Source of the DNA: an uncultured virus (IMG/VR IMGVR_UViG_3300032288_005212)
Taxonomy: Duplodnaviria; Heunggongvirae; Uroviricota; Caudoviricetes
Virus record (IMG/VR): IMGVR_UViG_3300032288_005212
Span: 32,001 to 96,000 of that record
DNA: 64,000 nucleotides
Direction: 5' to 3' (one strand)
The notes under the pieces were generated by a model. That model ran no database searches and was not told where the DNA came from. It saw only the letters and a list, made by a program, of their open reading frames with translations. Below are positions 54,730 to 64,000 of the stretch, one piece after another; within the stretch, counting starts at the first letter, position 1, and every line of letters starts with the position of its first letter. Both the position numbers and the translations under genes were made by a program.

Positions 54730-56482
54730 GCTGGATTTTCTACTATCCGAATTTGGGGTAAAAACTCTTCAAGATAGATACATGATCGCAGGCGAAAACT
54801 CGCCTCAAGATGCTTTCGCACGTGCGGCGAGAGCCTTTGCCGACGATGAAGAGCATGCACAGAGACTATATAACTATGCAAGTAACCTCTGGTTTATGTT
54901 CAGTACACCAATACTGTCAAATGGTGGGACTACTCGAGGTCTCCCTATTAGTTGCTTTCTTAACTATGTTGATGACTCTCGAGGGGGAATTACCGGACAT
55001 TACACTGAAAACGCTTTTCTTTCTTCTGTTGGTGGCGGGATTGGTGGATGTTGGAATGATGTTCGTTCTGTAGGAAGTAAAACTTCCTCTGGTTCGGAAA
55101 GTACAGGAGTAATTCCGTTTCTCAAAGTTGTCGATGCAGAAATGCTTGCGTTTTCACAAGGCGTGACACGTCGTGGAAGCTACGCTGCATATCTTCATAT
55201 GTCGCATCCAGAGATCGAAGAGTTTCTCGATGTACGAAAACCGACTGGTGGAGACATTAATCGAAAGTCGACAAATCTTCATCACGCCGTTATTATTCCA
55301 GATGCCTTTATGAAACTCATAGAAGGAGCTACAAAGGAAGAAGGTTTTGACGATTCTTGGCCTCTTATCGACCCACACAGTGGAAAGGTAACAAAGACAG
55401 TTCCAGCTAAAACTCTTTGGGTAAAACTTATTCAAAACCGAGTTGAAACTGGTGAACCATATATTATGTTTGAAGATACGGTAAACGAAGCACTTCCAGA
55501 GTCACAAAAGAATCTTGGGCTTCGCGTACATCATTCAAATCTTTGTAGTGAGATTACTCTTCCAACAAACGAATATCGAACTGCAGTTTGCTGCCTTTCA
55601 AGTGTAAATCTTGAAGAGTATGACTCCTGGTCAAAGTGCGATCAATTCATTCCCGATCTTATAAGAATGCTTGACAATGTTCTTACATATTTTATTGATA
55701 ATGCTCCGCCTGAGCTAGAGAAAGCAGTATTTAGTGCTACTCGAGAGCGCAGCATCGGTCTTGGAGCGATGGGATTTCATGCGTACCTTCAGAGACATCA
55801 CTTACCGTTTGAAAGTGCTCTTGCAAAAGGCAGAAACATGGCGATGTTCAAGCATATTAAGCAAAAAGCAGTGGAAGCCAGCCGACAGCTCGCTATTGAG
55901 CGTGGCGAAGCACCTGATGCCGAAGGCACTGGAATGCGTAATTGCCATTTGCTGGCTATTGCTCCTAATGCTAGTAGCAGCATTATATGTGGTAATACTA
56001 GCCCTAGCATCGAGCCTTATCGTGCTAATGCGTTTGTTCAAAAAACTAAGAGCGGCACTAGCCTTCTGAAGAACGAATATCTTGAATCTGTTCTTCAGGA
56101 TCTTGACCAGGATACTGACGAAGTCTGGAAAAGCATCATGATGAATGAAGGCTCTGTACAGCATCTTGACTTTCTTGATGACTATACAAAGGATGTATTT
56201 AAGACTGGAGTAGAAATCGATCAGCGTTGGATTATTGATCTTGCGGCAGATCGACAGCAGTATATCTGCCAAAGCCAGTCTCTCAATGTTTTCTTTCCGG
56301 CAAACGTTTCAAAGCAAGAACTTCACGCTATTCATATGATGGCATGGAAGAAAAAAGTAAAGACTCTTTATTATCTTCGAAGTGAAGCATACAAGAGAGC
56401 AGAAAAAATCTCTGATGAAGCTCTTCGACAACTTGTTGTTGAAAGCACAGATGAAAACGCTTGTCTTGCTTGCCAGGGATAA
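54713..56482 (+). CDS. nrdA: class I ribonucleotide reductase large subunit
   Basis: ISC, RRGS, SNLCSEI, IAPNASSS, LYY, C-terminal CLACQG. Confidence 0.95.
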   Translation: MKLNYKLDFLLSEFGVKTLQDRYMIAGENSPQDAFARAARAFADDEEHAQRLYNYASNLWFMFSTPILSNGGTTRGLPISCFLNYVDDSRGGITGHYTENAFLSSVGGGIGGCWNDVRSVGSKTSSGSESTGVIPFLKVVDAEMLAFSQGVTRRGSYAAYLHMSHPEIEEFLDVRKPTGGDINRKSTNLHHAVIIPDAFMKLIEGATKEEGFDDSWPLIDPHSGKVTKTVPAKTLWVKLIQNRVETGEPYIMFEDTVNEALPESQKNLGLRVHHSNLCSEITLPTNEYRTAVCCLSSVNLEEYDSWSKCDQFIPDLIRMLDNVLTYFIDNAPPELEKAVFSATRERSIGLGAMGFHAYLQRHHLPFESALAKGRNMAMFKHIKQKAVEASRQLAIERGEAPDAEGTGMRNCHLLAIAPNASSSIICGNTSPSIEPYRANAFVQKTKSGTSLLKNEYLESVLQDLDQDTDEVWKSIMMNEGSVQHLDFLDDYTKDVFKTGVEIDQRWIIDLAADRQQYICQSQSLNVFFPANVSKQELHAIHMMAWKKKVKTLYYLRSEAYKRAEKISDEALRQLVVESTDENACLACQG

Positions 56483-56485
56483 TTT

Positions 56486-57100
56486 ATGACGAGCGTACTT
56501 AATCTCTACGCTGGAGTAGGCGGAAATAGAAAGCTCTGGGAGGATGTGGACGTTGTAGCAGTTGAGTTAGATCCAAAGATCGCTGCGGTGTATGAGAAAC
56601 TATATCCAAATGACTCAATGTTTGTAGAAGACGCTCACAAGCTACTTCCAGAAGTATACGATCAATTTGATTTTATTTGGAGTAGCCCTCCTTGCCAGTC
56701 TCATAGTAGAATGGCAAGGGCAAACTCTCGAACAGCTCCAAAGTATCCAGAAATGGATTTGTATCAACAAATTATCTTTCTAAAAACATACTTTAAGGGC
56801 GGCTGGATCGTAGAAAATGTAAAGCCATACTATACACCACTTATTCCACCTACAAAAATAATAGGACGACATTATTTCTGGGCAAACTTTGACTTCGAAG
56901 CTGAAGACATAGCTCGCCCAGATAATTTTATAAATAACGGTACTTTGAAAGGACGAGAAGCACTGCAAGACTGGTTAGATATTCATTTTGAAGAAAAACT
57001 TTATTATGGAACTAATCATTGCCCTGCTCAGGTACTTCGAAATTGTGTACATCCTATTATAGGAAAGCAAATCTTTGATTTTTGGAAACAAACTAAATGA
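56486..57100 (+). CDS. C5 cytosine DNA methyltransferase (short)
   Basis: NLYAGVGG, SPPCQ, ENV, R..FW, RNCV motifs. Confidence 0.85.
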   Translation: MTSVLNLYAGVGGNRKLWEDVDVVAVELDPKIAAVYEKLYPNDSMFVEDAHKLLPEVYDQFDFIWSSPPCQSHSRMARANSRTAPKYPEMDLYQQIIFLKTYFKGGWIVENVKPYYTPLIPPTKIIGRHYFWANFDFEAEDIARPDNFINNGTLKGREALQDWLDIHFEEKLYYGTNHCPAQVLRNCVHPIIGKQIFDFWKQTK

Positions 57101-58056
57101 GCCTACTTACAGAACGCGAATACTACAAACCCTTTAACTACCCGTGGGCTTTTGAGCACTATAAAACTCAACAGCATATGCATTGGCTGCCTGGTGAAGT
57201 AAATCTTGCAGACGATCTTCGTGACTATCGAGATAAGCTGAGTCCAGTGAATAAAAAACTTCTGAGTTCAATCTTTCGATTCTTTACTCAGGCTGATGTT
57301 GATGTTTGCTGCGGTTATGCTAAGCATTACCTTCCAACGTTTAAGCAACCAGAAGTGCGAATGATGCTTGCATCTTTTGCAGCAATGGAAGCTGTCCATC
57401 AAGAAGCATATTCCCTTCTGCTTGAAACTCTCGGTTTTAGTGATGATGAATATGTAAAGTTTATGGAGCATAAAGCAATGCTCGATAAGCACGAGTATCT
57501 TTCCAACTTTGGAATGGAAACAAAACTAGATATTGCTAAAACAATGGCAATTTATAGTGGATTTACGGAAGGTGTTCAGCTTTTTAGTAGCTTTGCTATT
57601 CTACTGAACTTTCCTCGCCATAATTTGATGAAAGGAATGGGGCAGATTGTAACGTGGAGTATTCGAGACGAGAGTCTTCATGTTGAAGGAATGTCTCAGT
57701 TGTTTCGCACATTTATTCAGGAGAACCCTGAACTGTGGACGGACGATCTGAAGTACGAAGTCTACTGTGCAGCAGAGCGTACAGTTGAGCTTGAAGATGC
57801 TTTTATTGATCTTTGCTTCGAAGGTGCGGAAGTTCCCGATCTTACTTCGGCTGAAGTAAAAGAATATATTCGCTATATTGCGGATCGTCGACTTCTTGGA
57901 CTAGGAATGAAGAAAATCTTTAAGAGCGATAAAAATCCCCTTCCTTGGATTGACTACATGGTAAATGCTGTTGAGCATACCAACTTCTTTGAAAATCGTG
58001 CAACAGAATATGCTCGAGCCTCCACTACTGGAAATTGGCAAGACATATTTAAATAA
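57097..58056 (+). CDS. nrdB: class I ribonucleotide reductase small subunit
   Basis: FFTQADVDV, EAVH..AY, EGVQLF, RDESLH, NFFE. Confidence 0.95.
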   Translation: MSLLTEREYYKPFNYPWAFEHYKTQQHMHWLPGEVNLADDLRDYRDKLSPVNKKLLSSIFRFFTQADVDVCCGYAKHYLPTFKQPEVRMMLASFAAMEAVHQEAYSLLLETLGFSDDEYVKFMEHKAMLDKHEYLSNFGMETKLDIAKTMAIYSGFTEGVQLFSSFAILLNFPRHNLMKGMGQIVTWSIRDESLHVEGMSQLFRTFIQENPELWTDDLKYEVYCAAERTVELEDAFIDLCFEGAEVPDLTSAEVKEYIRYIADRRLLGLGMKKIFKSDKNPLPWIDYMVNAVEHTNFFENRATEYARASTTGNWQDIFK

Positions 58057-58058
58057 GA

Positions 58059-58083
58059 GAAAGGGGCGTAAAGCCCCTTTTTT
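58059..58083. terminator. bidirectional terminator between early and late units
   Basis: AAAGGGGC-GTAAA-GCCCCTTTTTT at the convergence point. Confidence 0.8.
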
Positions 58084-58224
58084 ATATCGTAATTTCCTCA
58101 ACTTGGTCGAGTGTTACCGATATACTTTCATCGCTAAGTGTTACAGGTATTTCCTGCACCACTAATCTTTTTGAAGGTACGGTCGTATCTGATTTTTTAA
58201 TTATAATTACAGTTGATTTTTTTA

Positions 58225-61200
58225 CTAATATGTTCGCCATGTTGTACCATTCCATATCTTAATTGGTTTTGTAACCCAAGCTGTACCATTCCATACTTTG
58301 AGAGGCTTTAATACCCAAGCCGAACCTGTCCAAACTTTTATCAATCCTCTTGCGGTTGTAATATTTGTTAACTGTCCAGTTAGTGTATATGTAACTGTTG
58401 AAAGTGATAATTTTCTTCCGTACAGAATTTGTATTGAAGTAGAAACATAGCCAGGCTCTACATATCCACCTTCTACATATCCAGATAGTTCGATTGCTTT
58501 TGTAGTCGCTGTCAGTACATATGTGCGACGGAAAGCTAGTGTTCCGCCAGTTAAATTGTACTGGGCAGTGTCGAGCGGTAATTTTTCTCCCCCAATTAAA
58601 CTTGCATCATTTCTAGTGAGAGTATAGGCTCCAGTATCTGCAACGAGTCTCTTATTCGCTGACAGGTTTGCTGGTTGCAGATTTTCGTTATAAGTCTGTG
58701 TATCCGTAATAAGTCGACGATTTCTGAGCAAATTCGCGGACTGTAAATTTTCTGAGAAAGTTCCGGTTTCTGCAATTAATCTACGATTTCTAAGTAGATT
58801 GGCTGGCTGTAAGTTTTCGTTATAAGTTTGGCTATCTAGACTTAATTTACGATCTACTCTTAAAACAGTATCATTTATCGTAATAGTATAGGCGCGGCTA
58901 TTTGCAATTATATTACCAGCACTTGCAAAGTTGAGTGCATTTCCTATCAGAGAATAGTTTTGAGTAGTCGCACTAAGGAAACGAGCTACTCGTAGGTTTG
59001 CGGGCTGAAGATTTTCATTGTAAGTTTGCGTGTCTGCGACAAGTCGACGGTTTCTAAGTACATTTGCTGGCTGTAGATTTTCGTTATAAGTCTGTGTATC
59101 TGCTACAAGGCGACGAGAAACTCTTAAATTCGCAGGCTGCAGATTTTCTGCAAAAGTTCCGCTTTCTGCTACTAATCTTTTTCCAGTATTAATATTTGCT
59201 GGCTGAAGATTTTCATTGTAAGTTTGAGTATCTGCAACTAATCTACTATTACGGAGTACATTTGCAGGCTGTAAATTTTCATTATAAGTTTGAGTATCAG
59301 CTACTAATCTACGATTGCGTAGTATGTTAGCAGCTTTTAAATCATCATTGTAAGTCTGTACATCAGCTACTAATCTACGATTACGCAGTATATTTGCTGA
59401 CTGAAGATTTTCGTTATAAGTTTGAGATTCTGCTATTAATTTACGATTGCGTAGTATGTTAGCAGGCTGTAAATTTTCATTATAAGTTTGTACAGCGGCA
59501 AGTAATTTACGAGCTACAAAAAGATTTGCAGGTTGTAGATTTTCATTATAAGTCTGTACGTCAGCAACTATTCGACGTCCGCGAAGTAGGTTTGCTGGTT
59601 GTAAATTTTCGTTATAAGTCTGAGAGTCTGACGTTAATCTACGAGAAACTATTAAAGTTGCATCGTTTCGAGTAAGAGTGTAACTACGAGTATCAGTTTT
59701 GAGTACGTTTGCAGATACAAAAGAAAGTACTTTTCCGCTTAAAGTATAAGTTTGAGTAGTTGCAATAACTACTCGACTATATTTAAATGTCGCGTCGTTT
59801 CGAGTAAGAATGAGAGCTCTCGTATCTGCGACTAATCTACGATTGCGTAGTATGTTTGCAGGTTGTAGATTTTCATTATAAGTTTGAGTATCTGCAACTA
59901 ATCTACGATTTCTCAGTAGATTGGCTGGTTGTAAATTCTCGTTATAAGTCTGTGTATCAGCTACTAATCTACGGTTTCTCAGTATATTCGCAGGTTGTAA
60001 ATTCTCGTTATAAGTCTGTGTATCAGCTACTAATCTACGGTTTCTCAGTATATTCGCAGGTTGTAAATTCTCGTTATAAGTTTGAGTATCTGCTACTAAT
60101 CTACGATTGCGTAGTATGTTTGCAGCTTTTAAATCTTCGTTATAAGTCTGTGTATCAGCTACTAATCTACGATTGCGTAGTATGTTCGCTGGCTGTAATG
60201 TCTCAGTATACGCTCGAGTATCAGCTACTAATCTACGGTTTCTCAGTAGATTGGCTGGTTGTAAATTCTCGTTATAAGTCTGTGTATCAGCTACTAATCT
60301 ACGATTGCGTAGTATGTTCGCTGGCTGTAATGTCTCAGTATACGCTCGAGTATCAGCTACTAATCTACGGTTTCTCAGTAGATTGGCTGGCTGAAGATTT
60401 TCATTATAAGTTTGAGTTGTAGCTACTAATCTACGATTGCGTAGTATGTTCGCTGGCTGTAAATTAAGCGCAAAAGAACGAGAGTCAGCAACTAAGGTGC
60501 GACTCTGTGTTATTGTAGTATAAGTTAATTCCGCAGACCAAGTGCCCGCAGACCAAATATAATATTTAAATGTATCAGGACCAGCTGCACTTACAATACC
60601 AGTCGAGTTAATCGAAACTGGATATGAGTTTGTAACAGTGGTAGTTCTATAAAGTATTTGGTCTCCGACCTGTATGGCTGGAGATTGCCCATTATAAATG
60701 CAAGTTGAAAGCGCCGCCTGAGAAATATCAGTTACGACATGAAGAGCATATCCTGCAGGTGCTTCAATTGTTATTTGCTTACTGGCAAGTATTCCAATTA
60801 TTGTAGTAGGTGGGCCAGTAAGCGTAAAGGCTTGCGCTGTAATTGGAATATTTAATCCACGAAAGAAGAATAAATTTTGTCCTGCTACGGTAAAAGTGCC
60901 TTTTTCTGCGGTGAGCGTTTTTTGCGAAGAAGTTTTTGTTAAAGTAGCATCATTGCCAGTAAACGTATAAGCGCGAACATCCGCAGTTAGCTTTCTGTTA
61001 TATTTTATCCCTATTGAATCTTCAACAATAGAATATGCTACAAAGTTATCCCCACGACTTGTATTTACATTAGTTCTATTGTAATATATGCCAGGTTGAC
61101 CAGTTGAATAAGTGTTATCAGTTACAGTATCTATTAATACATTATTTATGTACGCAGATATTTGATTACCTACTACTCTTAATGTTAAAGTATCCCCGAC

Positions 61201-63018
61201 TACAGGAACTATCGGTACTGTGCCTATTATAGTACCATTAGTGCCATCTATTCGTAGTATTGCTCTACCGCCATCATTAAAACCATCAATACTTAGTGCA
61301 TACCCTCCAGAAGAAGTGAGCCTTACACCAGGCCCTATTCTATCACCTACGTTTAAAGCTGTAATTAATATTTCTGATTCATGATTGTCTAAAAAGTCAT
61401 AGACAGAAGTTGAAACCGCCGCATAACTTCTAGTGGAGCCGTCGGTTTCGTAAAATTCTCCATTAAAAATATCTATGTCATTTAATAAATTTGTCCAGTT
61501 TCCAGAACTTACTGTTGCTAATTCTCCATTCGAATAATTAAACGTGTCACGATACTTTAACTGGTCCGATAGTCTAAATAGCCCTAGATTTCCAAATACT
61601 CTTCTTCCAACTTTTAAATTTACAGAATCAACTCCGACGGTATAGCCAACGAAGTTATCGCCTCTTGAGGCATTTATATTACCACGATTATAATAAATTC
61701 CAGGTTGTCCAGTACTATAGGTATTATCTGTAACTGTTTCTATCAATATTCCATTTTTATAAGCAGAAATTTGATTCCCAACAGCACGAATTTTGAGAGT
61801 ATCTCCATTAATTGGAGCAATTGTAAGAGTACCTATTTTTACACGAGTAGTGCCATCCAGCCTATAAATACTTCGTGATGGATCATTTGTTCCATCAGCA
61901 TGAATAATATAGGCCCCGGAAGCAGTCACTCTTACCGCAGGGCCAGGATAGTCTCCTGACCCTAGTAGACTAACCAATATCTCTGCTTCTTGATTGTCAT
62001 GGAAATCATATGTTGAAGTATTTAATTCAGCATAGCTATTTGAGCCCAAACTTTCATAAAATCGTCCATTTAATATATCAATTGAGCCATTTCTATCTAC
62101 CCAAACTCCTGAGCTTACTGTAGATAATACGCCGTTTGAGTAATCAAACGTATCGCGATACTTTAACTGATCTGACACCGTAAGTTGGCAGGTATTTCCA
62201 TAAACATATCTACTACGCGATAAGTTTGCATCTCGTAGTGTCTCATTATACGTCTGTGTATCCGCCGTAAGAGTACGCTGTAGAGCAGCTTCTCGAATTC
62301 GAAGCAAAGCAAGCGGGCCACGAACGTTTGTAGTTGTTCCACCAGCAGTTGCCGTAATTGTTGGTGCAGCACTCGCTGTTCCACTTGTTACAGAAGCGTA
62401 TGCAGTAAAACCACCAATATCGTTTCCAGCATTACTGTCTGGCTCATTTAATTCTGTTGCAGTTGCAAAAACTGCACCAGTTGCGCTAATTACGTGTGCG
62501 GAAAACTGTGTTGGTGTGGTAACGTCAGTCGGAATAGACATAGCCCAAATCGCAAGATCTCCAGTTTGAAGACCTGGGTTTGCAGCAAGAGTTACTGAAA
62601 CGTTTCCACCAGTAGTATCTTGTCCGTCAGAGGCACCATAAGAAATTGTTCCTCCACCCGTAGGAATTCGAACTATAAAGGCAAAAGATACATCATTTCC
62701 ACCAAGTGTAACTGATAAAGTTCCGCTTTGGTTTGCAACTGGGCTATTCCAGCTATATATTCTTATATTTGTATCACCCTGATCCGCTGCAACTGGAGAG
62801 CCGGCTGCAGCATATCCGCCACCACCAATACGCTCCTCTTGAAGAGTCCAGCCAGTTGGGGTTGTAACCGTACCTCCACCATTAGTTGTAGGTTTTTGAC
62901 CGACAAAAAGCAAAACGACATCAGTCGCTGCAATATTTGCAGGATATGCTGGTGCAACAGTCGTTCCTCCGGATGCGGAGTAAGCTGTTGCTGCTGCGAC
63001 TGGTGTACCTAAAGCCAT
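58225..63018 (-). CDS. putative tail-fibre/virion protein with duplicated lectin-like domains and ~30 tandem 22-aa repeats
   Basis: T/G/S-rich N-terminus, two ~200-aa paralogous beta domains, LVADTQTYNENLQPANILRNRR repeats, C-terminal KVWNG.W x3; last gene of late operon, where T5 has its L-fibre. Confidence 0.7.
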   Translation of the reverse strand: MALGTPVAAATAYSASGGTTVAPAYPANIAATDVVLLFVGQKPTTNGGGTVTTPTGWTLQEERIGGGGYAAAGSPVAADQGDTNIRIYSWNSPVANQSGTLSVTLGGNDVSFAFIVRIPTGGGTISYGASDGQDTTGGNVSVTLAANPGLQTGDLAIWAMSIPTDVTTPTQFSAHVISATGAVFATATELNEPDSNAGNDIGGFTAYASVTSGTASAAPTITATAGGTTTNVRGPLALLRIREAALQRTLTADTQTYNETLRDANLSRSRYVYGNTCQLTVSDQLKYRDTFDYSNGVLSTVSSGVWVDRNGSIDILNGRFYESLGSNSYAELNTSTYDFHDNQEAEILVSLLGSGDYPGPAVRVTASGAYIIHADGTNDPSRSIYRLDGTTRVKIGTLTIAPINGDTLKIRAVGNQISAYKNGILIETVTDNTYSTGQPGIYYNRGNINASRGDNFVGYTVGVDSVNLKVGRRVFGNLGLFRLSDQLKYRDTFNYSNGELATVSSGNWTNLLNDIDIFNGEFYETDGSTRSYAAVSTSVYDFLDNHESEILITALNVGDRIGPGVRLTSSGGYALSIDGFNDGGRAILRIDGTNGTIIGTVPIVPVVGDTLTLRVVGNQISAYINNVLIDTVTDNTYSTGQPGIYYNRTNVNTSRGDNFVAYSIVEDSIGIKYNRKLTADVRAYTFTGNDATLTKTSSQKTLTAEKGTFTVAGQNLFFFRGLNIPITAQAFTLTGPPTTIIGILASKQITIEAPAGYALHVVTDISQAALSTCIYNGQSPAIQVGDQILYRTTTVTNSYPVSINSTGIVSAAGPDTFKYYIWSAGTWSAELTYTTITQSRTLVADSRSFALNLQPANILRNRRLVATTQTYNENLQPANLLRNRRLVADTRAYTETLQPANILRNRRLVADTQTYNENLQPANLLRNRRLVADTRAYTETLQPANILRNRRLVADTQTYNEDLKAANILRNRRLVADTQTYNENLQPANILRNRRLVADTQTYNENLQPANILRNRRLVADTQTYNENLQPANLLRNRRLVADTQTYNENLQPANILRNRRLVADTRALILTRNDATFKYSRVVIATTQTYTLSGKVLSFVSANVLKTDTRSYTLTRNDATLIVSRRLTSDSQTYNENLQPANLLRGRRIVADVQTYNENLQPANLFVARKLLAAVQTYNENLQPANILRNRKLIAESQTYNENLQSANILRNRRLVADVQTYNDDLKAANILRNRRLVADTQTYNENLQPANVLRNSRLVADTQTYNENLQPANINTGKRLVAESGTFAENLQPANLRVSRRLVADTQTYNENLQPANVLRNRRLVADTQTYNENLQPANLRVARFLSATTQNYSLIGNALNFASAGNIIANSRAYTITINDTVLRVDRKLSLDSQTYNENLQPANLLRNRRLIAETGTFSENLQSANLLRNRRLITDTQTYNENLQPANLSANKRLVADTGAYTLTRNDASLIGGEKLPLDTAQYNLTGGTLAFRRTYVLTATTKAIELSGYVEGGYVEPGYVSTSIQILYGRKLSLSTVTYTLTGQLTNITTARGLIKVWTGSAWVLKPLKVWNGTAWVTKPIKIWNGTTWRTY
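58480..60495 (-). repeat. 66-bp coding tandem repeat array
   Basis: near-identical units, e.g. GTTATAAGTCTGTGTATCAGCTACTAATCTACG; 132-bp higher-order duplication (60171 vs 60303). Confidence 0.9.
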
Positions 63019-63026
63019 CTCAACTC

Positions 63027-63629
63027 CTAGCTATATGGAGGCGTAATAGTCGCCTGTCCAAACTTATTTCTTTGATAGTAAAAGTCAACGCCAATTAAAA
63101 ATGCAGGATCTGGAAATGTATCTTCAATGGAAGCACCGTCTCGAAAAATACGCATTAAAAATCTCATATTTGGTTCTGCTTGATTTCCAGGAAATGGAGT
63201 ACTGACAACTTGAAGATGCTTATACGCAACGCCATCCGCAGTTGCATTATAATATTCTGTAATTGGCGCAAAGAACGTACCATTTACAGTGGCTCCAATA
63301 TAATCAATTCCCCAGCGTACTGTACCTGTTGCGGTGCTGTTGCCTGGAGACCAGTGAAAGGCCAAATAAAGATCCGTTCCAGTCGCCCAATCAAATGGAA
63401 CATCCCAGTTTGTAAAACTTTCCATTGGTGCGTTTGACACATAAGAGTAGGCAACAAGATTTCCATAAAAAGGAGTTAATTCTGCGGGATTTCCAGAACC
63501 GTCACGAACAGAGGGTTCAAGACCGTCCATCATCCAAGCCGTATCTGTACGCCCTTTTAGATCGAGAAAGTTTCCATCAAGTTCCGCATATGTGAGAGCG
63601 GATCCTTTGCTTGCGCGTGTAATTATCAT
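63027..63629 (-). CDS. putative virion structural protein
   Basis: N-terminal R..KGS.LT..ELD.NF motif of phage tail proteins. Confidence 0.65.
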   Translation of the reverse strand: MIITRASKGSALTYAELDGNFLDLKGRTDTAWMMDGLEPSVRDGSGNPAELTPFYGNLVAYSYVSNAPMESFTNWDVPFDWATGTDLYLAFHWSPGNSTATGTVRWGIDYIGATVNGTFFAPITEYYNATADGVAYKHLQVVSTPFPGNQAEPNMRFLMRIFRDGASIEDTFPDPAFLIGVDFYYQRNKFGQATITPPYS

Positions 63630-64000
63630 ACTGCCCTCATTATATCAAACGAAACTGTTCCCAATGGCATTCCAGAGGAAAGAAAAGTTGAAAGATTTGG
63701 AATTGTAAATGTTGGAGAGACTGACGGACTGTAGGTCTGCATATTCAAAGTATAAGAAGATTTTCGAATTCTTGCAGATGTTCCGTTATTGAGATTGTAG
63801 CCAGAGACGGCTACTGCAGCTTGAGATGGAGATATTGAGTCATCTCCATCTACATTAATTATTTGATCTACGTTGCCAGTAAGCTCATTTGACCATGCGC
63901 CGAACGAATATGTACGATACTTAAAAGTTGCTGTTCCGTACGAACTTGTAATAAAGGTTCCATTCGAAAGACCAGTTACAATTTGACTATCAGTTGCAAC
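63626..64000 (-). CDS. 3' part of a late structural protein (truncated by window edge)
   Basis: open frame from 64000 to TGA at 63626, overlapping next ATG; TFKY....G.WS.ELT motif shared with the 1597-aa protein. Confidence 0.7.
   Translation of the reverse strand, partial: VATDSQIVTGLSNGTFITSSYGTATFKYRTYSFGAWSNELTGNVDQIINVDGDDSISPSQAAVAVSGYNLNNGTSARIRKSSYTLNMQTYSPSVSPTFTIPNLSTFLSSGMPLGTVSFDIMRAV

Noticed and set aside
45575-58056. Introns or inteins in pol, helicase, nrdA or nrdB
   Set aside because: ORFs are continuous and of normal or short length, with no splice motifs seen.
59856-60422. 188-aa repetitive plus-strand ORF, or CRISPR-like periodicity
   Set aside because: Antisense read of the 66-bp coding repeat; no unique spacers.
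60990-62190. Duplicated fibre domains as a DGR template/variable pair
   Set aside because: Both copies are in-frame coding, differences are not adenine-specific, and no reverse transcriptase is in the window.

Overview
The window is about 64 kb of a lytic T5-like (Demerecviridae-type) phage genome, probably from an aquatic environment, with T5 gene order. (1) 1-~6.1 kb: a GC-richer, plus-strand pre-early block with three A2/D3-type DNA-binding paralogs, a HAD phosphatase, a DEDDh exonuclease and repeated intergenic modules (CCTAGG next to a Fur-box-like palindrome). (2) 6.1-19.1 kb: minus-strand early region with two promoter-to-terminator units lacking credible ORFs (candidate structured ncRNAs), an OprI-like lipoprotein, a mosaic array of short paralogous ORFs, 3 tRNAs, mazG and thyX. 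(3) 19.2-58.1 kb, plus strand: phoH, hsp20, holin and lysozyme, an AT-rich 17-gene nucleotide-sugar/glycosyltransferase/methyltransferase island, then the T5-type replication module (D2, D3, PC4-like, split NAD ligase, D5, helicase, primase, Pol A, D10-D15, nrdA/B). Between primase and polymerase is an insert with 5 tRNAs and a circularly permuted two-piece tmRNA. (4) 58.2 kb to the end: the distal end of the minus-strand late operon, including a 1597-aa putative fibre with about 30 tandem 22-aa repeats. The strongest candidates for undescribed biology are the Fur-box/CCTAGG modules, the ~500-nt and ~400-nt ORF-less transcription units, the glycan island with no membrane/export genes, and the permuted tmRNA. 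All family assignments come from reading motifs by eye, not from database searches.
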